From: Candidatus Woesearchaeota archaeon
GTDB taxonomy: Archaea; Nanobdellota; Nanobdellia; Woesearchaeales; ARS49
Assembly (NCBI GenBank): GCA_019323555.1
Contig: JAHWHC010000014.1
Coordinates: forward strand, 1-51,051
DNA: 51,051 nt
Direction of reading: 5' to 3'
Made by a program: the position numbers and the translations under genes. Of the stretch, positions 33,339 through 42,868 are shown in pieces (position 1 is the first letter of the stretch; every line of letters begins with the position of its first letter). The notes below the pieces were generated by a model. The model ran no database searches and was not told the origin of the DNA. It was given only the letters and a program-made list of their open reading frames with translations.

Positions 33339-35174
33339 CTACCCAACCATCTTCTTCAGCATCTCAGAAATCTTCTTTCCTGCCGCCTTTCCGCGAAGTT
33401 TCTTCATTGCTTCTCCAATGAGTGCATTGAAAGCCAATCCTTTATTCGCAGCAACTATCTTCTTTAGTTCAGTTTCAAGGTCTTTATCAGACATCATGTG
33501 ATATTTCTCAATCACTTCAGAGACAGGCTTATTCTCTTTCAATATATCAAGAACATTTTCTTTAGATATCTTATCTGTTGAAAGTTCATCAAATAATAAC
33601 TCAAAGTCTTCTTCTGTTGGATTAATAGAAATCTTAAACTGTCTATTGATTATCTTGTCTGCTGTCATAACTATCTCTGCTATATATGCAGCTTTGATTT
33701 TCTTGTGTTTCGCAACTAATTTCTCAAACAATGCTGCTTTTGGTGATTTTGCAGTCAATATGGCAAGGTCCTTGCCTAAGCCCATCTTTTCATATCTTGG
33801 TGCTTTGTCTGTGATTAATTCTGGTAATTTAATAGAACTAATCATTTTCTTTGTAATTGTGATAGGGGGTATGTCTGTTTCAGGATACATTCTTGCTGCT
33901 CCTGGCATCTGTCTTTCATAGCTTGTTGTATTGTCTGGATTTGCCTTGCGAACCTCCATTGGAACGCCATCAATTGCCTGGTTTGCTCTTTCATTAACAG
34001 CTACTAGTGCCTTCAAGCATCTTTCTTTCTCATCTGCTACTAGTGCAAAGCCGTCTTGTTCTTTGCATCCTAGTTCTTTTTTCAAGACATCGACTTCTCT
34101 GTCTGTTATTCCATATGCTGGAAGTTCATCTGAGTGGATTATTCCTCCTACTCCTGCAATTACTTTGGCTCTTTCTGAGAATTCTGTTCCTAATCTTTTC
34201 TTTGGCAGTGTTTCCCTGCCTATTAATCCTGCAAAGCCGTTTAGTTTTATTCCCATTACAGAGTTTCCTGCCTGTAATGTCTTTGTGATTAGTTTTGCTC
34301 CTGAATTCTTTAGTGTCTTGCTTACATCTGCTGCTTTGTTCTCAAATTTCTTTACTCTTCTTTTGTGCAATTCTTTGTAAATGTCAACTAGATTGATTTG
34401 TCTTTTTACTTCATTCTCAATAAGTGTTGGAATACTTTTCAAGTCCTGTGCTCCTTTTATCTCTACTCTGTTGCCTTCTTTTATGGATACATTGACGTCC
34501 TGTCTTATTGTTCCGATTCCTCTTTTTGCTTTTCCAGTGCTTCTCAACAGCATTCCTAGTTTCTCTGCTGTTTCTTTTGCATGTTCTGGACTAATTATGT
34601 CTGGTTCTGTTCCTATCTCCATTAATGGTATCCCTAATCTGTCTAATCTAAACACAACATGATCTTTTTCATTTTTTATTGGCCTGCAGGCATCTTCTTC
34701 TAGGATTATTGTTGGTATCCTTACTTTTCCTTCGCTTGTCTCAAGCACACCATTCCTTGCAATTAACGCTGTTCTCTGAAATCCTGATGTATTGCTGCCA
34801 TCAACTACAGTCTTCCGCATTACCTGCGCGCCGTCTACAAAATCTCCATTTAGCATCTTGCATACTTGTAATGCAGTATCAAATGCCTCAGAATTAATTG
34901 GGTTTGGCGGCATCTCATCCAGCTCAACCAAGCAGTTAGAATTATAATATCCTTCGTAGAGGTAGTATTTTCCTTTCTCAGTCTCTTCTCTTGCAGCTAT
35001 GTCTACTTTTCCTGTCTCTCCTACAACTGCTCTTAATCTTCTTTTGACAGTAAACTGCGGTTCATCATCTCTTAAGGTAGTTGGACAGTTGCAAAAGAGT
35101 TTGCGGCCTTCAAGTTGTTGATGAATCTCGATTCCGCACTTGAATCCTAGTCGTTTGAGATCGGCCTTTTCCAT
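33339..35174 (-). CDS. gatE: Glutamyl-tRNA(Gln) amidotransferase subunit E
   Basis: N-terminus LGFKCGIEIHQQL, 611 aa, C-terminal YqeY/GatB-like tail. Paired with gatD. Confidence 0.85.
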   Translation of the reverse strand: MEKADLKRLGFKCGIEIHQQLEGRKLFCNCPTTLRDDEPQFTVKRRLRAVVGETGKVDIAAREETEKGKYYLYEGYYNSNCLVELDEMPPNPINSEAFDTALQVCKMLNGDFVDGAQVMRKTVVDGSNTSGFQRTALIARNGVLETSEGKVRIPTIILEEDACRPIKNEKDHVVFRLDRLGIPLMEIGTEPDIISPEHAKETAEKLGMLLRSTGKAKRGIGTIRQDVNVSIKEGNRVEIKGAQDLKSIPTLIENEVKRQINLVDIYKELHKRRVKKFENKAADVSKTLKNSGAKLITKTLQAGNSVMGIKLNGFAGLIGRETLPKKRLGTEFSERAKVIAGVGGIIHSDELPAYGITDREVDVLKKELGCKEQDGFALVADEKERCLKALVAVNERANQAIDGVPMEVRKANPDNTTSYERQMPGAARMYPETDIPPITITKKMISSIKLPELITDKAPRYEKMGLGKDLAILTAKSPKAALFEKLVAKHKKIKAAYIAEIVMTADKIINRQFKISINPTEEDFELLFDELSTDKISKENVLDILKENKPVSEVIEKYHMMSDKDLETELKKIVAANKGLAFNALIGEAMKKLRGKAAGKKISEMLKKMVG

Positions 35175-35401
35175 AATTGTTCTCCTTTTTTCCTTACTAT
35201 TTTGATCGCATGTAGGGGAATTGTTTTTTCCTCCCCATTTATTTCAATTAACATGAAGTTTTCATCAGTCTCTTTTATTGATTTAAAGGGAAATTCAATG
35301 ATTTCTTTCCTTATTCTGTCATAATATCCGACAGTATAATCCTCAGGATTCTCGTTTTTGTCCCACTTGATCTTATTTAGTAATTCTTTTATTGGAATCA
35401 T
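35147..35401 (-). CDS. DUF504/MJ1316-like small protein
   Basis: 84 aa with LLNKIKWD...EDYTVGYYDRI...IPLHAIKIVRKKGEQLWKR. ATGA overlap with the gatD stop and a 28-nt overlap with the gatE start. Confidence 0.55.
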   Translation of the reverse strand: MIPIKELLNKIKWDKNENPEDYTVGYYDRIRKEIIEFPFKSIKETDENFMLIEINGEEKTIPLHAIKIVRKKGEQLWKRPISND

Positions 35402-36702
35402 TGCTTGACAAACTCTTTTTCATATTCGAGTCTTTCAGAAATTTCCCCAACTAGATTCTGTCCAAACATTTCCTTTGCTTTTTCTTTAGGATAATTGCTT
35501 AATAGCCATGCCAGTTTTATATACGCGGTCTCTGTGGTCATGTCGCAGTAATTTCCCAGGACTCCTGCCTCTATTAGTTTTCTTCCAGGTGCATAGACAT
35601 TCATGTCTATTCCTCCATAAACAGTTTGTGTTGCCATAACCACTATTGTTCCTTTTTTTATCAAGTCCTGTATCTCTTTCATTATTTGTGCATTTTCTTT
35701 TGTTATTTTGTCTGTTTCAGATACTGGTGCATGTCCTAGTCCTGTTCCATCAATAACTAGGCCGTCATATCCTGAGAATGCCTTGAATTGTGATGCATAC
35801 ATGTTAGGGTGGCAGTAGATTATGCCTACTTGGATGTTTTCTTTCATAGGCAGTATCTGCGCTTTTTTCTTAGCAGATACTTTGTTGAATCCTGTTCTTA
35901 GGTAGTTTGCTTGCTTTTTGTCATAGTCTACTCTTGCCCAGGGCAGTACGTTTATTGCCTGGAATGCGTCACGCCGGCTTGAATGCATTTTTCTGCATTT
36001 TGTTCCTGGTAAAATCACGCAAGTTTCATCTTCTGTGTTTTCATGCATGCAGACTGCTACTTCTGCAAATTTCTTGTTTGCTGCTATGAAAAATACTGCA
36101 GATATTAGGTTCAAGGCTGCATCAGAGCTGCCTCTGTCAGAGCTTCTTTGTGCTCCAACTAATATTACTGGTATTGATAAGTCTTTAAGCATGAAAGATA
36201 GTGCCGCTGAAGTATAGTGCAGTGTGTCTGTTCCGTGTGTTATGATTACCCCGTCTGCTCCTGCTTTTATCTCTTTATCAATCTCTTTTGCAAGTATATT
36301 ATAATGGCCGAATCTCATGTCTTCTGACCACATGTTTGCAACTAATCTTGAATTGATGTTTGCAATGCCTTTTAGTTCTGGAAACATTGCCAGTATCTCT
36401 TCTGGTGAGAATCTTGCTATGACTCCGCCTGTTTCATAGTCTACTTTTGAGGCGATTGTTCCGCCAGTATGTAATATTGTGATTGTTGGCAGGCCTTTTT
36501 TCGGCTTTTCTTTAGGAAGTTCTGGAACTTTTTCTTTTTTCTTGCCCAGCGGCTTTATTTCCTTGACTCTTTTCTTGTCTATGCCCATGTTGTAGCCAGT
36601 ATCCAGCTTTAGAACTACGAATTCCTTTTCTTCAGGCATTAGAACTCCCTCTATTTCCTCTTTATCAACAACGACTTTTACTCTTTCTCCTGGTTTTGCC
36701 AT
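35398..36702 (-). CDS. gatD: Glutamyl-tRNA(Gln) amidotransferase subunit D (asparaginase-like)
   Basis: ILHTGGTIASKVDYETGG and ITHGTDTLHYT asparaginase motifs, with an N-terminal extra domain. Confidence 0.85.
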   Translation of the reverse strand: MAKPGERVKVVVDKEEIEGVLMPEEKEFVVLKLDTGYNMGIDKKRVKEIKPLGKKKEKVPELPKEKPKKGLPTITILHTGGTIASKVDYETGGVIARFSPEEILAMFPELKGIANINSRLVANMWSEDMRFGHYNILAKEIDKEIKAGADGVIITHGTDTLHYTSAALSFMLKDLSIPVILVGAQRSSDRGSSDAALNLISAVFFIAANKKFAEVAVCMHENTEDETCVILPGTKCRKMHSSRRDAFQAINVLPWARVDYDKKQANYLRTGFNKVSAKKKAQILPMKENIQVGIIYCHPNMYASQFKAFSGYDGLVIDGTGLGHAPVSETDKITKENAQIMKEIQDLIKKGTIVVMATQTVYGGIDMNVYAPGRKLIEAGVLGNYCDMTTETAYIKLAWLLSNYPKEKAKEMFGQNLVGEISERLEYEKEFVKQ

Positions 36703-36760
36703 ATCTTGTGAAGAACAATAAATAGTATATAAATTTATTCAAAAAAGAAGAAAAAAGAAA

Positions 36761-37366
36761 TTAAAACTCGACTTTTGGTGCTGTCGCAGCTCCTTCGTCT
36801 GCCTCAAAGCTCTGTTTTCTATCAAAGCCGAACATTGAAGCAATTAGGTTTGTTGGGACTTTTCTTACAGCGTTGTTATAGTTCTTGATAGCTGCGTTAA
36901 AGTCTTTTCTTGCCACTGCAACCCTGTTCTCTGTTCCTGCCAATTCATCTTGCAGGCTTAAGAAGTTTTCAGTTGCTTTAAGCTGTGGATAATTCTCAAC
37001 ATTTATGTTTAGTCCCTGGAATCTGCTTACTACTGCATCGCTCTCTGCCAGTGCTGCCTGTTGTTGTTCTGGCGTTGTTGCAGATGATAGTGCTTGTTTT
37101 GCTTTTGCTACCCCTGTTCTTAGTGCTGCAATCTCTGTCTGTGTCTCTTTCTCAAATGCCACTGCACCCTCTACTGTGTTTACTAGGTTTGGTATCAGGT
37201 CTAGTCTTCTTTGGTACTGTGTTTCTACATTTGCCCAGCTCTCTGCTACAGAGTTGTCTAAGCCAACTAGCTTGTTGTATCCCATCACAAGCCATAATAT
37301 TAGTACAACCAGTATTACTCCTCCGACTATGAGCCAGATTTTTGTTTTGTTTGTTTTCTTTGCCAT
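36761..37366 (-). CDS. lemA: LemA-family membrane protein
   Basis: N-terminal TM, then YNKLVGLDNSVAESWANVETQYQRRLDLIPNLV, typical of LemA. Confidence 0.8.
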   Translation of the reverse strand: MAKKTNKTKIWLIVGGVILVVLILWLVMGYNKLVGLDNSVAESWANVETQYQRRLDLIPNLVNTVEGAVAFEKETQTEIAALRTGVAKAKQALSSATTPEQQQAALAESDAVVSRFQGLNINVENYPQLKATENFLSLQDELAGTENRVAVARKDFNAAIKNYNNAVRKVPTNLIASMFGFDRKQSFEADEGAATAPKVEF

Positions 37367-37401
37367 AATTACACCTCATGACGTTTTGAATATAAAAAGC
37401 T

Positions 37402-38259
37402 TTACCAGCCTCCTGAGCTTCCGCCTCCTCCAAAGCTTCCGCCCCCGAATCCGCCAAAGCCTCCGCCAAATCCTCCAGAGCTTTTTCCAAATCCGCCCCA
37501 GATTATTCCGCCAGGCCCTCCTTTTTTCATGAATGCTACTTGTGCTGCTAGTATCCAGAACATTACACTAAGCACAAGTGCGATCATTAGATAAGTTAAT
37601 CCTAGGAATATAGATACTATGATTATTGCTGCGTCTGCTCCTGCTCTTGTTTTCCATTTGTGCTTTTTTTGTTTCTCTGTTGCAACAAGTAATATCAATA
37701 ATAAGATTAAGTATCCAAACACTATGAGTCCTCCAAGGGTGCTCATTGTTGTTGGTTTGTATTTTGCCACTATGCTTGGGTCTTCTTGAAGCAGGCCTTT
37801 TATGTCACTCAAGGCTTCATAGACTCCTCTGCCGTATTCTTCAAGTCTAAATGCAGGTGTCAGGATCTGTCTCCCGATTCTTCCTGTTTTTGCGTCTGGC
37901 AGAACCCCTTCAAGGCCGTAGCCAGTCTCAAATCTATACTTTCTGTCTTGAACAGATATTAAAAGCAGCAATCCATTGTTTTTCTCTTCTTTTCCTATGC
38001 CCCAGTTTCTTGCAACTGCTAGCGAGTATTCTTCTAGTGGTTGCCCCTCTAGGCTTTCGATAGTAAGTACTGCAACTTCTGCTGTGGTATTTTTTTCTAT
38101 CGCTTCGCATAGTTTCTCTATCTGTGGCCCATACTCTCCTAGAATGTTTGCATTGTCTGTTACATATCCTTTGTAAGCAGGGATTTCTGCTAGAACAACA
38201 GGTAATAGTAAGAATATTAGCAGTAATAATATTGGCTTTTTGTTCATTCTTTTATCCAA
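37402..38259 (-). CDS. TPM-domain (YgcG-like) membrane protein with Gly-rich tail
   Basis: Signal/[14 protein letters not shown] helices, and C-terminal [24 protein letters not shown]. Classical pairing with lemA. Confidence 0.75.
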   Translation of the reverse strand: MDKRMNKKPILLLLIFLLLPVVLAEIPAYKGYVTDNANILGEYGPQIEKLCEAIEKNTTAEVAVLTIESLEGQPLEEYSLAVARNWGIGKEEKNNGLLLLISVQDRKYRFETGYGLEGVLPDAKTGRIGRQILTPAFRLEEYGRGVYEALSDIKGLLQEDPSIVAKYKPTTMSTLGGLIVFGYLILLLILLVATEKQKKHKWKTRAGADAAIIIVSIFLGLTYLMIALVLSVMFWILAAQVAFMKKGGPGGIIWGGFGKSSGGFGGGFGGFGGGSFGGGGSSGGW

Positions 38260-39139
38260 AGTATGCTGGTTTGTCTTTCTGCATCTCTTTTGCTTTTGCA
38301 GCTGTGAAATGCTCTCTTAGTTCTTTGTATGTTTCTTCTATCTCTTTTGTTACAGATGGCCTTACTTTTTGCAGTGCTTCCTCAAAGTGTTTTTTGGTTA
38401 TCTCTTTTGCTTTCATGTCTTCTCTTAAGGCGATTATTGCTGCCTCTCTGCAAACTGCCTCTATGTCTGCTCCTGCATAGCCCTCTGTTTGTGCTGCTAG
38501 TTCTTTTGATGTCATGCCATTGATTGGCATTCCTTTTGTGTGTACTGTGAATATTTCTTCTCTTGATTTTTCATCTGGCACTGGCGTTAGTATTATCCTG
38601 TCAAATCTTCCTGGCCTCAATAATGCAGTGTCTACCATGTCTGGCCTGTTTGTTGCCCCGATTATCACGATGTCGTGTAAATCCTCTAGCCCGTCTAGTT
38701 CAGTAAGTAATTGATTAACAACTCTCTCAGACACGTGTGAATCTGAACTTACCCCTCTTCTTGGCACTAGTGAATCTATTTCATCAAAGAATATGATTGT
38801 TGGTGCTGTCTGTCTTGCTTTCTTGAATATCTCTCTGACAGCTTTTTCACTCTCGCCGACCCATTTTGATAATAGTTCTGGTCCTTTTATGGATATGAAG
38901 TTTGCCTCGCTTTCATGCGCCACTGCTTTGGCCATGAGTGTTTTTCCTGTTCCTGGCGCGCCATACAAGAGGATTCCTTTAGGTGCTTTTACTCCCATTC
39001 TCTTGAATGCATCTGGGTGTTTTAGCGGCCACTCTACTGCCTCTATCAATTCTTGTCTTACTCCTTCTAGTCCGCCTATGTCTTCCCATTTTACATTTGG
39101 GACGTCTATTAATACCTCTCTTAGTGCTGAGGGTCTCAC
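38252..39139 (-). CDS. cdc48: Cdc48/VCP AAA+ ATPase, D2 domain portion (downstream part of an interrupted frame)
   Basis: [19 protein letters not shown], Walker [10 protein letters not shown], Walker B IIFFDEID. It is in the same frame as 39194..40540, separated by one TAA plus 18 sense codons. Confidence 0.7.
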   Translation of the reverse strand: MRPSALREVLIDVPNVKWEDIGGLEGVRQELIEAVEWPLKHPDAFKRMGVKAPKGILLYGAPGTGKTLMAKAVAHESEANFISIKGPELLSKWVGESEKAVREIFKKARQTAPTIIFFDEIDSLVPRRGVSSDSHVSERVVNQLLTELDGLEDLHDIVIIGATNRPDMVDTALLRPGRFDRIILTPVPDEKSREEIFTVHTKGMPINGMTSKELAAQTEGYAGADIEAVCREAAIIALREDMKAKEITKKHFEEALQKVRPSVTKEIEETYKELREHFTAAKAKEMQKDKPAYFG

Positions 39140-39193
39140 TACTTTTAGTGATTCTATGAAGTCTGATTTTGTGATTATCAGTTTTTCTAGTAT

Positions 39194-40540
39194 TTATTTT
39201 GGTATTGCTTCTTCTTTGTCATATTTTAAATCTGGAAGAAGTCTTCTTAGCACTATCATTGCAGCCTCTTTTGCCAGGGATGATACGTCTGCTCCCACAA
39301 ATCCGTGTGTTTTCTTTGCCAGCTCTTTTAGGCTTACGTCTTTTGCTAACGGCATGTTTCTTGTGTGGATCTTCAGTATATTCAGTCTGCCTTCTTCGTT
39401 TGGCACGCTGATCTCCAGCTCTCTGTCAAATCTTCCTGGTCTTCGCAAGGCAGGATCTAGTATATTAGGGACATTTGTTGCTGCTATGACTACGACTCTT
39501 CCTCTGTTTTTCAGGCCGTCCATTAAAGCCAGTAATTGTGCAACAACTCTTTTCTCTACTTCGCCTTTTGTTTCTTCTCTTTTTGTTGCAATTGCGTCTA
39601 TTTCATCTATGAATATGATTGCAGGTGCATTTTGTTCAGCTTCCTCGAACTTTTTTCTGATGTTTTCTTCAGATTGGCCGTAGTATTTGCTCATTATTTC
39701 AGGGCCGTTGATTAAGATGAAGTGTGAGTTTGTTTCATTTGCTACTGCTTTTGCCAGTAAGGTCTTTCCTGTTCCAGGAGGGCCGTGCAATAAAACTCCT
39801 TTTGGCGGTTCTACCCCCAGTCTCTCGAAGATTTCTGGGTGTTTTAGTGGAAGCTCCACCATCTCTCTTATTTTTTTGATTTCGTCGCTTAGTCCGCCTA
39901 TGTCTTCGTATGTTACTTCTGGTACTGTCTCTTCCTCTATCTTTACTGCTTTTGGGTTTAGGAGTATCTCTGTCTGTTCTGTCACGATCACTGGTTGTTT
40001 TGCAGGTATTGTCTCTGCAACAACTAGTTTCAAGTCCCCAAAGCCGAACCCGAATCCTGTGTTGTTTGGGTCTTCCATCATGCTGAAGACTTCATCAAAG
40101 AATGGGCTTCCTGTCATTGTTCGTCTTCTTCTTTTTGTGCCTCCTAGTGATACTATGTCTCCTTTTATCACTGCTCTTCCTAGGAGTCCTTGCTTGAATA
40201 TGTGCGTGTTGGAGGTTCTTACCTCTACCCTCTCGCTTGCTGGTGCGATTGTGATTTTCTTGGCTTCTTTTATGTCTGCTTTCTTTACTTTTACTTCTTC
40301 CCCTATTCCTGTTTTTGCATTTTTTCTTAGAAGTCCGTCCATTCTTATTGTGCTTAGGCCTATGTCTCCTGGAAGCGCTCTGTCTGCCATTGCCACTGTG
40401 CACTTTCCGCCCAGAATTTCCACTATGTCTCCTGGTTTTATGCCTATCTCTTTCATGAAGCCAGAGTCTATTCTGACGATTCCCTTATTTACGTCATCCT
40501 GTATCGCTTCTACGACCTTTAATTTTACTTCCTGTGTCAT
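39194..40540 (-). CDS. cdc48: Cdc48/VCP AAA+ ATPase, N domain plus D1 portion (ends at in-frame TAA 39194-39196)
   Basis: N-domain LKVVEA...GIVRID...GDIVEI, Walker [10 protein letters not shown], Walker B IIFIDEID. It stops in the D1-D2 linker (..DKEEAIPK*). Confidence 0.8.
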   Translation of the reverse strand: MTQEVKLKVVEAIQDDVNKGIVRIDSGFMKEIGIKPGDIVEILGGKCTVAMADRALPGDIGLSTIRMDGLLRKNAKTGIGEEVKVKKADIKEAKKITIAPASERVEVRTSNTHIFKQGLLGRAVIKGDIVSLGGTKRRRRTMTGSPFFDEVFSMMEDPNNTGFGFGFGDLKLVVAETIPAKQPVIVTEQTEILLNPKAVKIEEETVPEVTYEDIGGLSDEIKKIREMVELPLKHPEIFERLGVEPPKGVLLHGPPGTGKTLLAKAVANETNSHFILINGPEIMSKYYGQSEENIRKKFEEAEQNAPAIIFIDEIDAIATKREETKGEVEKRVVAQLLALMDGLKNRGRVVVIAATNVPNILDPALRRPGRFDRELEISVPNEEGRLNILKIHTRNMPLAKDVSLKELAKKTHGFVGADVSSLAKEAAMIVLRRLLPDLKYDKEEAIPK

Positions 40541-40601
40541 TTTCTATCTCTAGCTAGTTTGATTTATTTATCCCACCAGATTAGAAAGCCTTTAAGTTAC
40601 C

Positions 40602-41009
40602 CTATTTTACTGTGACTCTTGGTAATTGTATTGGCGGTGGAAGCCCTACCTCTCTTGCCAATATAAGTGCCTCGACGTTGCACCTGTTTAGTATGTTGTT
40701 AAGCAAAGGCGTCATAATGTCTTTTGGTATTTTCTTGTCTTTTTTCCATCCTTTGACTATCTCATCGATCTTTGCTTCTTGTTCAACATATGTGGTTGTT
40801 CCGTTAAGTGTGATTTTTGCGACTTTTGGTTCATAATCTGCAGCATACTCAAACTTGAATAACAGCACAAATTGTTTTGTCTTGCCTACGCTGAAATCCT
40901 TTTTCTCTAGGTCTTTTATTACTATGTTGTTCTTGACACTCATCTTGCCTTTTGGCACGTCCATTCTGTCAACAACAATCTTGTCAAACTGTAATCCTAC
41001 TATCGTCAT
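40602..41009 (-). CDS. Small conserved protein, possibly SecB-like fold (tentative)
   Basis: 135 aa with a beta-rich N-half and a C-terminal ...LNNILNRCNVEALILAREVGLPPPIQLPRV, which resembles the SecB C-terminal pattern by eye. Confidence 0.35.
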   Translation of the reverse strand: MTIVGLQFDKIVVDRMDVPKGKMSVKNNIVIKDLEKKDFSVGKTKQFVLLFKFEYAADYEPKVAKITLNGTTTYVEQEAKIDEIVKGWKKDKKIPKDIMTPLLNNILNRCNVEALILAREVGLPPPIQLPRVTVK

Positions 41010-41128
41010 ATTTTACCACCTTAGTTTTTTGCCCCTTTGTTTAAAGGCTTTGCTCTCTTGAAGCACCTGTTTATATTTAAAGTTTTCGGTCTTTGTTACT
41101 CAGGGGTTATGAACCTTTTGACCATTAC

Positions 41129-41137
41129 TTTTATAAA
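41129..41137 (+). promoter_or_regulatory. TATA box for deoxyhypusine synthase gene (leaderless)
   Basis: ttttataaa centred 27 nt upstream of ATG 41160. Confidence 0.5.
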
Positions 41138-41159
41138 CAGACTTGTTTTTTTATCGTCT

Positions 41160-42074
41160 ATGAAACCAGTTGATCATATAAGCATCCAAAAAGGCATGAA
41201 AGTCTCTGATTTAGTTAAGCAGATGGCTGGTTCTGGTGTCATGGGTGCGGGCAGGGTTGCCAAGGCTTCTCAGATCATGTCAGAGATGTTTTCAGATAAA
41301 GCCTGCACTGTTTTTCTTGGTTTGGCTGGGGCAATGGTTCCTGGCGGCATGAAGAATGTGCTTGTTGATATGCTTAAATCTGGAAAGATTGCTGTTCTTG
41401 TCACAACTGGTGCTAACCTGACGCATGATGTTTTTGAGGCGCTTGGTTTTAATCATTTTCAGGGCTGTCCTAAGGCAGATGATGCTAAATTGCATAAAGA
41501 AGGCATTGATAGGATTTATGATACTTTCCTGAAGAATGAAGTTTATGAGAAGATGGAGGATTTTTTCAAGGATAATTTTGAGGAATTATCTAAGACAAAG
41601 AACATCAAGGAGTTTTTGTGGAAGCTTGGTGAGATCTTGCCTGGCAAAGATTCAATCCTCAAGACTTGTTTTGAAAAAAAGATTCCAATATTCTGTCCAG
41701 GTATTGCAGATTCTGGCATTGGTTTGATGATCTGGGGCAGGCAGGCGCAGGGTGCAAAGTTTGACCTTCCTGTGTTTGAGGATATGAAAGAGATCATAAG
41801 CATTGCCTGGGACTCTAAGAAGAATGGGGTTATTTACATTGGCGGAGGCTTGCCAAAGAATTTTATCCAGCAGTCTATGCAGTTCAGTAAAGGTGCTTCT
41901 TTTGGTGTTCAGATATCTACGGATATGCCTCAGTGGGGCGGTTCTTCAGGAGCAAACTTGTGTGAAGGCATTTCCTGGGGCAAGATGAAGGAAGAAGGCA
42001 AGTATATTGATGTTTATTGTGATGCTACTATTGCTTTGCCCTTGATTTGGGCTAGTGTAAAAGACGTGATATGA
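41160..42074 (+). CDS. dys: Deoxyhypusine synthase
   Basis: GLAGAMVPGGMKNVLVDMLKSGKIAVLVTTGANLTHD and IYIGGGLPKNF. The start is set at ATG 41160 (MKPVDH), not the track start 41037. Confidence 0.85.
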   Translation: MKPVDHISIQKGMKVSDLVKQMAGSGVMGAGRVAKASQIMSEMFSDKACTVFLGLAGAMVPGGMKNVLVDMLKSGKIAVLVTTGANLTHDVFEALGFNHFQGCPKADDAKLHKEGIDRIYDTFLKNEVYEKMEDFFKDNFEELSKTKNIKEFLWKLGEILPGKDSILKTCFEKKIPIFCPGIADSGIGLMIWGRQAQGAKFDLPVFEDMKEIISIAWDSKKNGVIYIGGGLPKNFIQQSMQFSKGASFGVQISTDMPQWGGSSGANLCEGISWGKMKEEGKYIDVYCDATIALPLIWASVKDVI

Positions 42075-42868
42075 TGAATCTTGTGGATGTACACTGCCAC
42101 TTGAATCACGAGAAATTCAAGGAGGATCGTGATGAAGTTGTGCAGAGAGCTAAAGATGCAGGTGTTAAAGTAATCATTACTTCTGGAGTCAATGTTCCGA
42201 CTAATCGTGAAGTTCTGGAACTGGCAAAAAAGTATGACATAGTCAAATGCACTCTAGGAATATATCCTATTGATGCTCTTAACATAAAGATAGATGCTCT
42301 GGATGAAGTGGGCCTCACAAGGCAGGCAGAGCCTTTTGATGTTGATGAAGAATTAAAATTTATTTTATCAAAAAAGAAGGATATTGTGGGTATTGGTGAG
42401 TGTGGCATGGATTTCAAGTATCTGAAAGAGTACGAAAAAAAGCAGAGGGAGAATTTTCAGAAGTGTATTGATTGCGCTGAAAAACTAAAAAAACCGATTG
42501 TTGTTCACACAAGGAATGCAGAGTTAGAGTGTGTTGAGATGCTTGAGTCTAGTAAATTAAAGAAAGTCATTCTGCATTCTTTTGGCGGCAGGAAGAGTTT
42601 GATTCAAAGAGCAGCAGATAATGGCTGGTCTTTCACTGTCCCTGCGGTTATTGAAAGATTGCAGCATTTTGAGACGCTTTCAAAAGTTGTTAATATCAAT
42701 CAGTTGTTGACAGAGACAGATGCTCCTTGGTTAAGTCCTGTTAAGTTTGAGAGAAATGAGCCTGCCAATGTTGTCTGGAGCATCAGGAAGATTGCAGAAA
42801 TTAAAAAATTCAATGAGCAAGAGACTGCTGATTCAATTTTCTTGAATTATCAGAGGATGTTTGGATGA
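42071..42868 (+). CDS. tatD: TatD-family metal-dependent hydrolase/DNase
   Basis: VDVHCHLN, GECGMD, VVHTR and LLTETDAPWL. ATGA overlap with dys. Confidence 0.8.
   Translation: MMNLVDVHCHLNHEKFKEDRDEVVQRAKDAGVKVIITSGVNVPTNREVLELAKKYDIVKCTLGIYPIDALNIKIDALDEVGLTRQAEPFDVDEELKFILSKKKDIVGIGECGMDFKYLKEYEKKQRENFQKCIDCAEKLKKPIVVHTRNAELECVEMLESSKLKKVILHSFGGRKSLIQRAADNGWSFTVPAVIERLQHFETLSKVVNINQLLTETDAPWLSPVKFERNEPANVVWSIRKIAEIKKFNEQETADSIFLNYQRMFG

Noticed and set aside
37402-37500. Repetitive GC-rich DNA (ccgcc/tcc units) at the 3' end of the TPM gene as a possible repeat element.
   Set aside because: It simply encodes the Gly-rich tail ([24 protein letters not shown]), which is typical of TPM/YgcG-family proteins.
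39194-39196. TAA as a reassigned sense codon explaining the cdc48 interruption.
   Set aside because: Many well-defined genes in the window terminate at TAA at the expected family length, for example the flaI-like gene, the RHH gene, the 3617 and 4138 ORFs, and adk. Genome-wide reassignment is therefore not supported.
38793-40553. Long plus-strand ORFs (38793-39683, 39687-40553) antisense to cdc48. Similar antisense ORFs occur opposite flaI (1081-1677, 1843-2256), ychF (25274-25969), herA (15395-16093), gatE (33931-34380) and others.
   Set aside because: They lie entirely opposite strongly recognisable genes. They translate to low-complexity Ser/Leu/Phe-rich sequence and have no promoter or SD. 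They are classic shadow ORFs.
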